Source: Oculina patagonica (Eukaryota). From it: a stretch of DNA of 64,000 nucleotides. Positions 24,701 through 39,700 of this stretch are shown piece after piece. The stretch is from the NCBI RefSeq assembly GCF_052425735.1, contig NC_135767.1, positions 16,058,001 to 16,122,000 on the forward strand, given 5' to 3'. The notes below the pieces were generated by a model. That model did no database searches and was not told the DNA's origin. It was given only the letters and a program-made list of their open reading frames with translations. A program made the position numbers and the translations under genes. Position 1 is the stretch's first letter. Every line of letters starts with the position of its first letter.

Positions 24701-27700
24701 CAAATTAAAAAAACTATTCAGTGAATGAAGTCAAGAAAACGGGATATTATAAGAGATAAATAAAGAAGTCAATACTCCACATTGCAGGTCTGTGCGTTAT
24801 CCCAAACCCCCCGATGTTCGTCGAAACTTTTTGAACAAAATTACACAGCCCAGTAGTTGCCATATTAGTGTACCTCGGTTGTACACTAAAATGGCGGCCG
24901 GAAAATAGCGTGAGCATCTGAAACTCAAATTGGCTATCTAGCCCACTTGTTATCTCTTTGGGACAAACAAACACTTACATGAACATTTTTTATGCTACTT
25001 TAATTTAACTTCTCAAATGGCTACAAAACACGCAAGATTGATATATATTTGTGATAAACATGATCGTAACCTTATGTCACGCATCGCCATCGCCTTTAGT
25101 TTCGGATTTTAGTGCTTGATGACGTCACATGAAAGCGATCCATGACATGAGCTATAGTACCGTGCGATATTAAAAACGCGACTCCGATGAACATTTTTTA
25201 AAGAAAACTTAAGGTCTGGCTCTTCAATTCTGTGAGGTGCCGCGAGATTGCGAGTGAAATGCAAGGCACTGCATCATATATATTTAAAGGCACGCGATCT
25301 TGCTGTCTGCATTGTGTCTTGAAATAAATTTGTTCTAATATCCAGACCAAATGCAAGTCGAGCCACTCACAAATATTAAGAAACAAATGTTATTTATTTT
25401 ATTTTATTTCTCTTTTTCTCGTGGGGAGGGGGTGAGGGGGTTTGGGGCTAGGAGAGTAAACAAGGTCTTGTAGAGTTACTATGCCCTGTAGAACACCCTG
25501 CCGCTACAGTTATAAGCTGAAACCAAATTCATCAATAAACAAATAAATTAGCATAGATGTATCTCTACCTTTTACGTTAACTGTGAAGCTACAAGTAGCT
25601 TTGTTCCCGGATTGGTCCACGGCAGTGTATAGGACCACGTGAACTCCCTGACTGAGCCTTTGAAGTGGTCTGTAATTTGACGTCACGGCTGGTGGGAATC
25701 CGGAGTTGTCAGTAGCAACCGGCTCGGTCCAGTTCACCTGGGCTGAAAACAGGCCACGTTCTGCATACACTATCAACGGACTTGATGGACATGTGGCACC
25801 GAATGTTGGGGGAAGAACATCTGCAATATGGACGAATATAAAAAAGAGCCAGTCAGTATCATAGCACATGACTTCCATCTTATCAGTTTTTCATTATCTA
25901 TCTGTAAGCTGTTGTGCTAGCTCTGTGTTTGAACGTTCAGTTGAAGCTTACTGTAGCAATGTTTACTGGGATGGTGTGCGTATAATGCTATGGGTACCTG
26001 TACAGTTGATGGGGTTTACACTCCACTGTCCAGACTGCAAGCACGTTCTCGTCACATTTCCGCTGGTGCTCCCATATCCACTTTGACATCCAAATACGCA
26101 GTTTGATCCATACGTATTGCCACAAGAAGCGGTCAGCAGTATGGCTCTCGGGGCGATGATCAAAGGAGGGCAGCTTACAGCTTGTATAACAAAAGCAATT
26201 TAAAAAAAAATGTAAATAATATACATAAGAAAAGAAATATATCTTTTTAAGGGTAAGAGCGTTGGCTATTTTGAGATTTTTCTAACGTAATACCTTAAAA
26301 CGAGTTATAAATGAGGTACTTTTAGTGTAATCTTGACAGGGCAAGTAATAAACGACTTCAAAAAGTCAAAATACATATTCCGTTAGAGCTTAATTGCTGA
26401 TCAGGCCAACGTGTATCTCCGAGTTCCGTAGCATTAAATAAGCAAGTAATTATTTCGTTTCCCCCAATATGGAATGCCATCCCATCGCAGGGTTTCCCTA
26501 GCATTAAATTATTTCCACCTTGGCAAACGAAGTCGTGGCCACTCCAGGTTCCATTTTCTGTACATTTTCTTGACGAAGAACCGAATGCGTTGAATCCAAC
26601 CTTGCATGAAAACAGACAGATTGTGTTGTAATACTCAGTTGCGGTTCCTGTGCAAATCTGTCGGATGCCATTGGACGGTGCTTGTAAGGCTGGGCATGTA
26701 ACAGCTGAAAGACGCAAAACGTTCGATATTTTATTTTTTAACACTTATTAACAGCGCTCCGATTACTTGGGTCTAAATAACATGCCTTGATAGATTTGCA
26801 ACTGCAGTGTTTCTATCTGCCTGGTCTTTCCGTGTGTCTGTCTGTCTGTCTGTTTGTTTGTCTGTCTGTACGGATGTTTGTTGAGGATACAAACATAACC
26901 ATTTCGCCAACTTGTTTTAGTGATTTAGAAAATTTGGCTAATAATATTAATGAATAACAAAGTATCGGGCAGTGACTTATAGCCAATAAGTTAAGCTAAA
27001 ATGTAGTTAAGACCGAGTATTCATTAGGTTACTCTAATCACAAAGCAGCCCAGCTGACGTTTCCCCTCCGAATAACACTGGGTGATGTTCCGATAAAGAG
27101 AGTTAAAGCCGCTAAGTCTTTAGATGTCTATATTGACGGTCATCTATCGTGGTCAAATCACATTGATCACAAGGCAAAGAAGATATCTTCAGGCATTGCT
27201 GGATTAAAACAGATTAGACCTTTAGTTCCAACGGAAGTTTTAATCAAATTTTTTTAATCCTTAGTTCCTCCTTATTTCGATTACAGTGTGATGTAGTCTG
27301 GTGGGACTAAACAAGGGCCTGTCAGATAGAAACTTTTTCATCGGGCAGCTCGGATCACCACTCAAAGTGACTGGGAAACTAGATCTGTTGCTATTTTGAA
27401 AATGCTTCAATGGGACACTCTTGGAGTTCGGCGTCACCAACACAGTAAGATCGTAATGCGTAAAAGTATGCATAACAAAACTTCAGAGTACCTGACTTAC
27501 CTATTTTCTGTAATTAAATTGTGTGTAATTGTAAAGTTTCTTTGTAATTCTTAGCACGGCTTTCTTGGAAACTAATTCTTTGTAACTGAAGAGANNNNNN
27601 NNNNNNNNNNNNNNNNNNNNNNNNNNNNNNNNNNNNNNNNNNNNNNNNNNNNNNNNNNNNNNNNNNNNNNNNNNNNNNNNNNNNNNNNNNNNNNNNNNNN

Positions 27701-30700
27701 NNNNNNNNNNNNNNNNNNNNNNNNNNNNNNNNNNNNNNNNNNNNNNNNNNNNNNNNNNNNNNNNNNNNNNNNNNNNNTCTCCTTGTACTTGGTCAAAAGA
27801 AAACAAAAAATGCGTAAACAAAAAAAGGTAGCTCTGCCTTTCCCCTCACGTTTCCTACCCTTCTATTCACTTTGCTCTTTTCCATAATTTATGATGTATT
27901 TTTCCAACTGACAAAATAGCAGGCTCACCATTACACTGAGGCTGTGTTCCAGTCCATGTTCCGTCGCTGTTACACGCCCGAATGGATGATCCAGTCTGGT
28001 TGTATCCTACATCACAGGATAACCAACAGGTTTTTCCTGGCAAATTAGAACACGGCTCAAGACTTCCGTGGACTGGCGCAGACAGCTGTGGGCAGCGGTT
28101 TACTTTTACATAAAACAACAACAGTGGTATTAGTGAAGGATGTCCCTAAAGGCAAATTATCTTTAAAAGCTTTCCGCTTGGTTAACAAAATGTCGTGTTT
28201 GTATGTGTGTCAGCTTTCCGGCGGATTTCGTTGGGTAGAAGATGTGACATGCAACGACGTTTGAGGGTTGACTTTATGTCAAACAATTGAACTAATTTTA
28301 TTTGCGAAGTTGCAGTTGCTTGATAAATGACGCATAAACATCTTGCGTTCTGTATTTTTTTTAATCCGTTTACCATATCATGGCTTTCATGTGTTACTGT
28401 ATGTGTCGTTATGCTATTTGGAGGTCTTTATTTTAGCCTATGGGATTCCCTTCGTGTCTAAATATGTCATTTGCACCTTCGCGATACTAATGAACCTTAG
28501 TATCCCGTATATGTATTGATCAAAAAGGTCTTATGGCGATTATTAACATTTTAAGAAATTCTAGTTCTGGTCTTATAACAAAACAAGACATCTGCACAAC
28601 GGCCTTACCTCCTTCACAAGTGAGGGCATCGCTAGTCTTAAGCTGTACTCCTTCGGGACAAAAACATTGGTGTCCGCTAGGATTTGGAAGACAGATGTGA
28701 CTGCAACCCCCATTCAACTGAGAACAACCGGTGGATCCTATGAGGCAATGAAGCTTTTTTCATATTTGTCTTACATGAAGATGTTTAATTACAACTTTGT
28801 GGGCTGAGTTTACGAGGTATTTACACAAAAAAAGCATATGTTCGCTTTAACTCTATTCTGCCTGGCACTGCCTCCCTGAAACTCGTTGTTGTGAAGAAGT
28901 GGGAAAAACGCAGACAGTTTCAAATTCCCATTTCCAGATAAATTACTGAATTCAAAACGTGGAAAAATATAAGAATGCTAAATCGCTATCAACAGAAGTT
29001 TGAGGTCTCAATACATTGAAACGTCGAAGCTAAGCTGGAAAAGATCCACATGCATATGTGTGTTAGATAGTGTACGTACAACACACAGTGTAGTTACCGT
29101 GAAAAATTCAAGTAATGTAATAAAAAATTGACAAATAAAAAGTACTTTAGAAAAGGTCATTATTGCTTGGATACTATTAATGCACATTATGTTTGGAATC
29201 AATGTGTCTACTTACCCCAAATTTATACTTGGTTAAGAAGTATTTTCTTCATCTTAGGCCAGGGCCAAACGTCGAGCTTCAGATAAGTCGAACCTAATGC
29301 AAATGATCAAAAACAATAGGTTTTGCTCATCTGCATTACGTTCGACTCATGTGAAGATCGACGTTTGACCCAAGCCTAATCTGCAAACAAACACACCTTT
29401 AAAGACTTTCGCGTTATCATGAATATGTATATCCATTGGCCTTCCCATTCCGTGAACCAGCACTTCACTGAAAGAGGATGTCATGTTGTATTTGTGAACA
29501 CCTTGGTTCTTCCAGTCTGACCAGTACAGAACGTTATCAGCTAGGGCCAGTCCAAACGGATGAAGGTTATCGGTTGATAAATCAAGTATGAGCACACGGT
29601 TATTTCCTTGGAGGTCAACCCTTTCGATTTTATCAAGGCTCGCATCACACCAGTACAGCAGTCTATTTTGATCATCAAGAGCGAGCGAATTCACCCACAT
29701 AAGTACTGAACTAACGAGAGTTGTTCTGCCAGAACCGTCCATGTTAGCTTGTTCAATCTTTGGTGATGATCCCCAGTCACTCCAATACATCTTTCTGAAA
29801 TAACACATTGATATTAAAATATTAAAGCAGGATATTAACAATATAGGGTCAATAGCGTATTAAAGACTTCAATAAGGTACGTTTCAAAAATTGCACCAAG
29901 GCTATCTTTGGTTATAGTATACCAAAGATGTCATAGAGAACACCCTCCCTCCCTCTCTGCTATAAAAAGCGGTCAGTTCACCTCCATGAACACTTTAACT
30001 TTCACCTAACACTTCTCGTAATACCTCAACAGTTCAGATTGTTAAGAATAACAGGATAAGGCTTTTTTTAAGCGTACGTGACAGCCCTCATGCGGCCGTT
30101 TTGATGTTGTGTGATGTGAAACTCCAAAATACAAAATGTTTTATCTTAAAGGCGGTGGATGCTATCGAGCTGAAAACCGCCAATACGATTTATATTTAGG
30201 GCGTCTAATAGCTAGTGAAGAATAAAGAGTCAGGGGTCTCGCGATTCTGGATTTTAGAATTTTGATGACGTCACGTGAAAACCAAGAATTACCGTTTAAC
30301 ATGATTGTAAGGACTAAGCTTACGTGAAAATATTTTATTTACTTCATAGAACGTAACAAAAATTTGTTAATAACATAATGCGGATGTGATAGGTTATTAA
30401 GTCATTTTCGCAGTAGCCTATGCAAATACCGTTATGGCGTCTCAGTTGCGTCTTTTTGGCCACAATTTTCAAAAACAGAAAATCTACATTTTCCTGTGGC
30501 TCGGATCATGTAAACGTTGATTCCCCTGAATTCAGTTATGTAAAAGCATCATGTAGATGAGTGATGACTATAAAATGGAACTAAAAACTAACAAATTAAC
30601 AAAACCCTGCAGCTCTGAATTTACTTTACCTTTCCGCAATGTCAAGTATAAGAGCTCTTGGCTTTTCAATGTTTGTTGTGATAAGGCTTTTTCTATATGA

Positions 30701-33700
30701 ACCGTCAATCCGCGCTACTTCGACTTTACTTGTCCCTGCATCAGTCCAATAAACATTTCGTCCAATGTAATCCACTGCCAGACCATCAGGGATGTTTACA
30801 TTGTCATGCGCAAAGATCTCGACTGAAGTACCGTTGGGAAATGCCCTAGCAACCAGTTTTAAGGTCACATCTGTCCAGTAAATTTTGTTTTCAACTGGAT
30901 CATAATCAATAGCCACAGGTCTTGATATGTTTGTGGTGATTTCCAGTGGATAGCAGGGGGTTTCCGGCACTGTGAGGGGAACTTTGTAAATTTCCCCGGA
31001 ATTAGCTTCAGCAAAAACCATAAATTTTTTAGAGCTTCTCTTATAAAACAAACCTTGCATTGAGATAAAAAAAGAGAAATAAAGCTTTAAACTAATGATT
31101 AAATATTTAAAGAATATGTCAGTATCTCATGTAGGCAAGAGGTTGACGGAAGATTTTTTTTTTGAATCACTCTGCAGTAAATAACGAGGAAAATAAATTA
31201 TACAGTGATATCCTTTAAGAGCAGATAAGGGTAAGGAATATGTATCTAATGCATTTACTGATAGATTAAAATCTGGACACGAGCTGTGAAAACCCATCAC
31301 AGTTTTTCATAGTCTGGAAGAATAGATCGGTAGCATTTGTGTACCACAGCTCATTTGTTTAACCACCAACCCCCATCCCCGAGTGTCTCAATGGGGTTAA
31401 CCGTTAGCCGTAAAATGGCGAAAATTTTAGCCATTAAGCGTAAAAATTGGAACATTTTAACCGTTGGCCGTAAAATAATTATGTTAACCGTAAAAAATCG
31501 GTCTGTAATTATAAATAAACCAAACTAGTTCACTTCATCGTCCCAGAATGGCCCTGACACCTAAAATATGTTTTTCAATAATGGAAATTAATTTTTAACT
31601 TTTAAAAACAATGAAAATTAACTTTTAACTTCTGTTAACCGTTTTGGAAATAAATTAACCGTTAGCCGTAAAAAAAGCCAAAATTTTAACCGTTAACCGT
31701 AAAAGCCACCATCCCATTGAAACCCTCATCCCCATTGTCGTGTTCTAAAAATTAAACAGAGCAGAGACCAGAGGAGAGAGGGATTTTCTTTTTACACGCT
31801 TGTTAGCCAAGACATTTGTAAGGTGTGTTAAACTAGTTTGTCTTAACTAGATTTGACCAGAGTTGTCGCTAGTTACAAAAAAAAAAGACACAAGAAAGAC
31901 GCGTGAACCTTGAAGCATCAAACTTATGCACACACTGTACATACAAAACAAAACAAAACAAATTAAAACAGGCACCACAACCGTGCATTCCAAACCTGTC
32001 GTTTAAGTAATATACGTTCTCACCGTAGTCACAGTTTTTTCCATCAGCCTTGAGAGCAATACCCGTTGGACATGCGCACTGGTATCCCCCTGGCTTTAGA
32101 AGACACAAATCGCTGCAGAGTCCATTGTTTTGAGAACAAACATGAGAACCTAAAGACGTAAAAAGAAAAAAACTGACACAATAGCCAACGTTTTATACAT
32201 CAACTGAATATCGTTAAATGACTTCGAGACCTTCAGAACGAAATTACAAATTCGTCAAGGTTCCTTTGTCTCGTAATTTTAAGAGGAGACCAACTTCGTT
32301 GCCAGGGTTCAATGACCCCGTGAACGTGGTTGAGATGAGACATGGATGCAGATCTCGGAAATACAGAAGGTTGTCCTAAAAGCCTCGAACTTTTGTTGGA
32401 ATTTTGATATATTTGACCCTGACTACAACAATTACATCACTGATAAGCGAAATTTTCAAATTGCTTCATATGTGCACTTGAGGCTTTATATCCAGAAAAA
32501 AGGAATCGTGTGCTAAATCGTGCTTGTCTATTGGTCCTTATGCACGTTTTTCACCTCTTTTCATTATAAAACGGCTCTGCAGACGTTTTGTTATTTTGCG
32601 TCCGTTTATATAATTATACAGTATGTGGACCTAAATCCGGACAGCCCTCGGTCCGGACACTTTTGGTTTATCGGGCATTTTTCCGATAGGAAACAAAGTT
32701 TTAATAAAACCGAACCTTTCCAAAGATTTCTTGTTCTCTTTGCTGTCTAAACTTCGCTCGAAGGCTTTCCTGCTGGCGGTGAAGTCGAGATTTTCAAGTC
32801 GACGTGAAGGTAGGTGAATTTTTTTTCGCGATGTTTACTTATTCATGGCTCCTCAAATTGGTTTACTTTATAATTCCTGTATATCCGAACTGAGCGCACT
32901 AAAAGAGGTAATTTTTGATAGAATTGATGTATAGGAAATATTGATGTATAGGAAATATTCTTTGGACTAGTGCAAAAAATTTGATTGGCCACTTGAGTTT
33001 CCGTCCAAAGTAATGGATTAAAATTTTTTAAGTAATTTTCCTGACTAGGTCCGAGGTCCGGACACTGCCGGCAACCAAATATAACTTAAAGACTTCTGAA
33101 GGTGGCAAGATAAATAATACTGTAAGATAGAAAAGGAGTCTGACGAAAGTTACAAATTTCGTTTGAGTTCTAAGATATAATGAACTTCAGTTTACAAGAA
33201 TAATACTACTTAAACAAGGAGTTTTATTCAAACTTTGCAAATCACGCTTATCAGTCTAATAAGCGCTATAGTTTATATTCACTGTATATTGTTGATGAGA
33301 CGAAAGAAAGCTCTCTTCCCTATTTTTTTTTCATTTCATTTTTCTGAATTTCACTAAAAATGTGCAAGGAGCTTCTTTAGATTGGATTTTGAAGAATTGC
33401 TGGGTAAATATTTCGTGCTGTCGGACCAAGGACCAACTTTCCGGACCAAGGGCCGTCAAACCGAACCATCGTTTTCGATGTTACTGTTGTCTTTTCACAT
33501 GTTACTGAGTCAAGCTGGATGTTACGGTAACTTACAGGACAAATCTCAGCTCACTGCTCTTCTAAGAAATACACATTCGCGTCTTTTTCGTCCGGACCAA
33601 GGCCACGCACTGTAGTCCTTATATTATAAGGACTTGCAGTTGCATTGGCACATATGGTGCTTCCCCCGTCTTCATGCGGAAGATTGTTTAGACGACTGCA

Positions 33701-36700
33701 TTAACGAAAAATTAAAGAAATAAATACTTAAAGTTTATATAAAAAAAAATGAAAACATTTTACCTGAAAAACTCAAGGATGGATCAAGCACGTGAATGTC
33801 CATTGGTTTTTGAAGGTCATTAACAACCACCTCCTGATTTGCACTGGTTAAATTAAAACGAATAATGCTATTCTTACTCCAATCTGACCAGTATAGAATA
33901 TTCTGATACACCGCTAGTCCATAAGGATGGATATTATCCACAGATGACAATATAAGCTGTCTGTTTCCTCCATTAAGGTCCGACACCTCTATAGTATCCA
34001 GTTTAGCATCAGCCCAGTATAGACGGTTTGTAGCTTGGTCAATAGTGAGTCCATTTGGCCACGTTAGGTTTCCTGATACAATGGTTCGTCTTGCTGAACC
34101 GTCCATCTGAGCTTGCTCGATCTTTGGATTAACGCCCCAGTCTGTCCAGTACATCATGCTGAGGGTGAAAAAGAGCACAAAAACATTTATGTTTATAATT
34201 TAGCTGAGCAAGACCTAGACCACAAAGTGTAGCAGTGTACCAAATTTATGAGTGTGCTGACGACGACAGCGCTGAAGATATAAGTTGAATAATTGATATT
34301 AAATCGATTGGAATGTTGTCCCTAAACGGTAGATTGGCTGATAGCATAATATGAATAGATATTAAAAAAGTGTTCAATTGTAATAAAAAAAATTAAAAAG
34401 TAAAATTGTGTCTAACTTTCTCCATACATAAATTGGAATATAAACATTTCAATTTGTCCTGCGCAAAGCGGTTTAGAGCTGTTTCAAAATATATCAGCTG
34501 CCACACTACATGCTATTTGTTTAAAAAAACGCTTTTGTCGACCAAACACATTTTACAGTAAGAAGAACTGCATAGTTATTTTGCGTTTAGCGAGACTCTA
34601 GAAGAATCACGTATGTCGCAGGCCGTCGTGGTAGTACAGGTAGGGCGATAATTTGCTGAGTAATAATGTTGATTTTATTATCCGGTATCCTTTACTTTAC
34701 CAAACGACGAGTGTTGAGAAAACGATTTAACGACATTTCAAATTACGGCATCTCGACTTACCCATTTCTTTCGTCCAGGATTATTGCTCTTGGCTCATCC
34801 AGTCCATCTTTAATCAGCAGTTTCCTGCTTGTTCCATCCATCCGAGCTACTTCAATCCTATTGGTTCCTGTGTCAGTCCAATAAATGTTTCGTCCCACAT
34901 GGTCAATGGCTAAGCCGTCGGGGTTGTGGACATTGCAGCGAAACAAAATCTTCACGGAAGTGACATTAAAAAAAGCGCTTACAATGAGACCTTGTGCAAT
35001 GTCTGACCAATACACTCGTTCTTCGACAGGGTCAAAGTCCACGGCGATAGGGCGCTGATTTCCATGATGGTTAAACAAAGTTTGAGCGACGAAGTAGTTG
35101 ACGTCCAGTGAAATAATACTCGTTGATTTGGCGTCGGCGTCAGCAAAAAGGATAAACGTGTTCACTTCTGCAATAAATAATACAGTTCTGAGCAATAAAA
35201 CATATTGATTTCTGATCTGGACAATTGGGTTGTTTCTATCCGTGACGCAGAAAGTGATGTAACCGGGAGTGTGGGGATGTAAGGGGCAACTGTGGGCCGC
35301 TTAATATGTATGTTTCAATTAATCTAGTCACCCGAGAGTCCCGAGGGAGGTGGAGAGGCCGTGTAGTGCAACATTTTGCGTGACGTGTTGTGTGCTGTTG
35401 AATTATATCAACAACAGTTGTGTGGTTAGGGCCCATTTTGTTTGCTTAAGGTTCCTTAGGAGCGAAGTGTCTGTTCCCCTTTCGTTTCTTAGCACAATGA
35501 CCTTCAGACCGGCAGCAGCTAAATGGAAGGGAGGGGACTTGAGCGAGGTTTTGTGGATATACCTGTATAACAGAACCCATAAATCAGACAAGCATGTGAC
35601 GACACGAGAAGAATAAACAGCAAATTCATAAGGTCAAACGGGTGGAAGCCAACACAAAGTAAACACCTGGTTTCGGGAAAAGTTGTTCAAAGTTGTATTG
35701 AGCACATACAGATGTTCCACATAATTGCAAAAGAAAAAATAACGATTCAAAACCTGTATTTGTTGAAAAAGAAGGTTTTCTTTTTAAAGAAAAACCAAAC
35801 CTTTTCACTCTTTTGCGAATTGCAACAAACTATTGAATTGCTGTTTGAGTTGCGGTTCGCTTTACGGTTTCACCTCCGGGCTATGAATGTCAAACATTAA
35901 GTAAAACGTTAATTGCATTCTACTTCTACGATAAACTGTTGGTATTGTTTGCAGTCAGTCTGTTTGCCGCGCAATGTTCCAATAATGATTGTCAGCTTAA
36001 TCGAAGCAACTTGCAACCTTTTATTTCAAATTTGCTCAAGCGACCTGCCAAGATCCGGTTTTCATTTTGCCGTATAAAACGAGGTAATTCAAGACCTGTT
36101 TTAAACAAAAAGACTTCGAAAAATTAACAACAGGCTTAGGTTAAATCTCCAAACTGGGAATTGCGCTTAAAACTTTAAATTTGGTCCGCAAGTTAACTTA
36201 TTCGAGTTGTTCCGCACAAGAACCTTAAAGATGCAAATTTCCACTTCGTAACTTTAGGCACGCAAATTAGACAGGCGTTCTCAATGTAATCTTTAAACAC
36301 TGTGTACGTTATCGTCACAAATTAGACAGGCGTTCTCAATGTAATCTTTAAACACTGTGTACGTTATCGTCACATCAACTGCGCCATTCACTCGGCCAGC
36401 TCATAAACAATAGGAAAATGAAAAGGGGTGGTGAATGGTCTCCGTGCAGTTAAAAGTTATGCTCGTTTTTCTTTGTTACCAAACACAATGGAGACGTATT
36501 TGAGAACGCCTGTCTAATTTGCATGCCTAAGGTTACCAAGTGGAAATTTGCATCTCTAAGGTTTTTTGCAAAACAACTCTATTGTTTGCAGCGCCATTCC
36601 TACTTTGGCGACCTGAGCTAAGCTTAGTCTTTTATTTCTTTGAGTCTGTTGATAAAAAGCTGACCATAGGACAATAACGTTTTCCTCCTTCTTCCAAAAA

Positions 36701-39700
36701 AAGGAATTGTTACATTTGTTCGAGCAAATTTGAAGTGAAAGTTGCAAGTTGCGTCGATCAAGCTGTCAATCAATATTGTGACATTGCACCATAACACTGC
36801 AAAGTTCCCATCAAAAGACCACCCATTTTTACTGTAAAAGATAATTTTCTTACTGTCTTTGCATGTCTTTCCGTCCTGCTTCACAGCTAAACCGGTAGGA
36901 CATACACATTTGTAACCAGTTGTCTTCGCTACACAGAAATGGCTACACCCTCCATTGTTTACAGCACAAGGACTTGAAGCTTTTAAAAAAACACAGTATA
37001 AAAGAAAAACAAATGTTATAACGGAGCTAGTTAAGCTGCGCAGTTAATTATAACTTCACAATACGTTAGTGCTCATCATAATGCTACCGCAGATCGTAGT
37101 AAAACAGTATTTTCGGCCACAAAAAAAGATATCCTACATTTTCCTAGACTCATACAAACCAGTTTACCCAGAATGTGCTCTGGCTCTCCCCTTTTTTAGA
37201 AGAGAAAGCAAACAACTACACTGTCCCAAAGGTTTTGTTTTAGTGAACAAAAAAAGAAAAAACCTTCAAGGCCTACCCATGTATCAAACAAAAAAGGAAC
37301 GTTAAAGCAGAACCAGCGCCAGTGCCATTTCATCTACGAATCGTCATTTATTTCGTTTAAGCCCACTTTCCCCCAATTGTGTGTATAACCACTACAAAAC
37401 AATGAGAACAGTGCTGACAGCAGGGACAGCATGATTAAGATTTAACATGTTTAAGAGCGATTCGTAACGCGATAATCACAGGCTTGTATTTTCCCTTAAT
37501 CGAATTGAACAACGATTCACAGGCAAACAAGGATAATTAAGAATTTAATTAAGATCATTCTGACGGAAAACATTGTGTTTTTATAACCGTGTAAAAATTA
37601 TTGTCTTCTCTAACCAACCAACCAGCCAACCTATCAATCAATCGAACGATCGATCGATCGATGGTCATTCAATGAAAAATAAAAGACTTCTTTTTTTCTC
37701 ATGGAGGCAAACGCCTTGAAGTTTCGATTACTCTTGTTCCGAAGTTAGCACGAAATCTTCCGAAGTAGACAAAAAATCTTCCAAAGATTTCCGAAGTCGA
37801 CTCGAAGTCTTCCGTCAATTTACGAAGTGACCCGAAGTCTCACGAAGAAGATTTTCAAAGTTGACATGAAGTATCCCAAAGTGTTTCGAAGTTGAACCGA
37901 AGACTTCCGAAGATTTCCAAAGTTGATCCGAAGAGTTTTGGAGACTTCCGATATATGCCCGAAGACTAACGAAGATATCTAAAGTATACCCGGAGTATTC
38001 TGAAGAAGAAACGAGGAATTGTAAATCTTACAAATATGCTCGTTATTTTGTTAAGTATATTATAAATAAAATATCGAACGAGCTTCTCGTACCATTCGTG
38101 ATAAAATAGCTAAGAGTGATGTTTTAAAAGTTTGCAATTAAAAACATCACTCGTACCTATTTATCACAAATTGTGCGAGAAGGTCTTGTCATTTCCCATA
38201 CATATACCTGCAGGCTGTCGTGAATTGTCGTACAGTACGATGCCCATTGGCCGCCCGCCATTGATGCTGTAACTACGGAGCACTTTCCCAGTTGTGGCGT
38301 CCAGCTGGTGAACCTCCTTATGTGTATTCCAATCGGTAAAAAACAAGAAAGGAGGAATCAGTGCTACTGCAAAGGGATGTAAACCACTTTGTTGAAAAAG
38401 CTGTTTCCTGTTGTTGCCATTGTAGTCGACAGATTCTACTCTGTCTTTTCCAGCATCCACCCAAAAGATGCGTTTGTTTCCTTTGTCAAGCTCAATACCA
38501 TTTGGCCAATAGAGGTCTGTTGTTACGATGGCGAGTCTTTGGTTTCCACTCAGTAAGGCTCTTTCAATTTTTGGATTAGCGCCCCAGTCAGTCCAGATCA
38601 TTAAGCTGTTAAATAAGTTAATTAATGGATCGATCGATCAATAAAAGAACCAACCTACCAATCGATCAATTCAAACAATCAATAATAAGTGAACGACAGA
38701 GCGAGTGAACGAACTACTGAGGACAAGTCGTACACAGGGTACGCCTCTGAAAGGATAGTCCCCGTAGCATATGCCTATAAGACCCTACGAGGTATGCTTT
38801 TGTCAACATGGATCCCCTCGATAGTTCACATCACGCTATGAGCGTTCACTTTTCTTATTATCAAAGATCTCTTCGAGATATCGACTTTTTTGCATGAAGT
38901 TAGTATGAGTAGAAGGTTTATCCTGGGCATTGTTGTTCGAACATATCATGGAAGAATTCAAACGTCTTTCAGTTCAATCATTTTTTTTTTATTTTCGCGG
39001 AGGAAATGCTGTATTTGTCAGTCGCGACGGCTGGGCGCTTTGCGACTCATATACTTTGGGTTGGTTAAAAATGGTAAACTTTGACGTTTGCCTTAAATCG
39101 AAATAGCTGTTTCCTTTCGAGTTAGAAAGATTTCTACTCGGCTAAATGCAGGGTTCCCGATAAAGGTTACGCACGACAGAGCTACCTTTTGTCTCGTCAC
39201 GCAATCTAAACCCCACATTTAGAAGCAAATTTTCGTTAGGATATTACCAAAAGCCGCTTCTCCTCGCGTTATTCTTTACCTTACGGCTACACATGCCATT
39301 TCTAACGACTACATTTCCAGTAAAACAGTTGCCGTTTTTTTTCTAATGGCGATGCATTAACTTCTGAACAGAGGCAAAAACTTTTAGCGTTTACTGCTTC
39401 CACCGGAAGTAATTTCACAACAGGCTACAAAAACACTTGTAAATATCACTTCACACCTGCATTGAATGATGTTGCAATTCTAAATTGTGCAACTCGGGAG
39501 AAATAATCAATTGTCACGAAATGAGTTCCCTTTGGTTAACTATTAGCAACGTTTTAGTGAGTGAAAGACTTGTACCAGTACAAATTTGCGTTGTAAATCG
39601 TTTTAGGTTAAGTTAATATTAGTGCCTAAAGACTTGTACCATTACAAATTGCGTTCTTATTCGTTTTAAACTTCGTTGCCTTCGAGCGCTGAACCCTTCA

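Noticed and set aside
27778-27810. Hidden receptor exon starting at the edge of the N gap
   Set aside because: An acceptor-like tract is present, but the flanking exons already join in phase and complete the CCP3-HYR cassette; cannot be tested across Ns
37738-38005. Possible CRISPR array
   Set aside because: Short degenerate units without unique spacers, eukaryotic intron context, no cas genes
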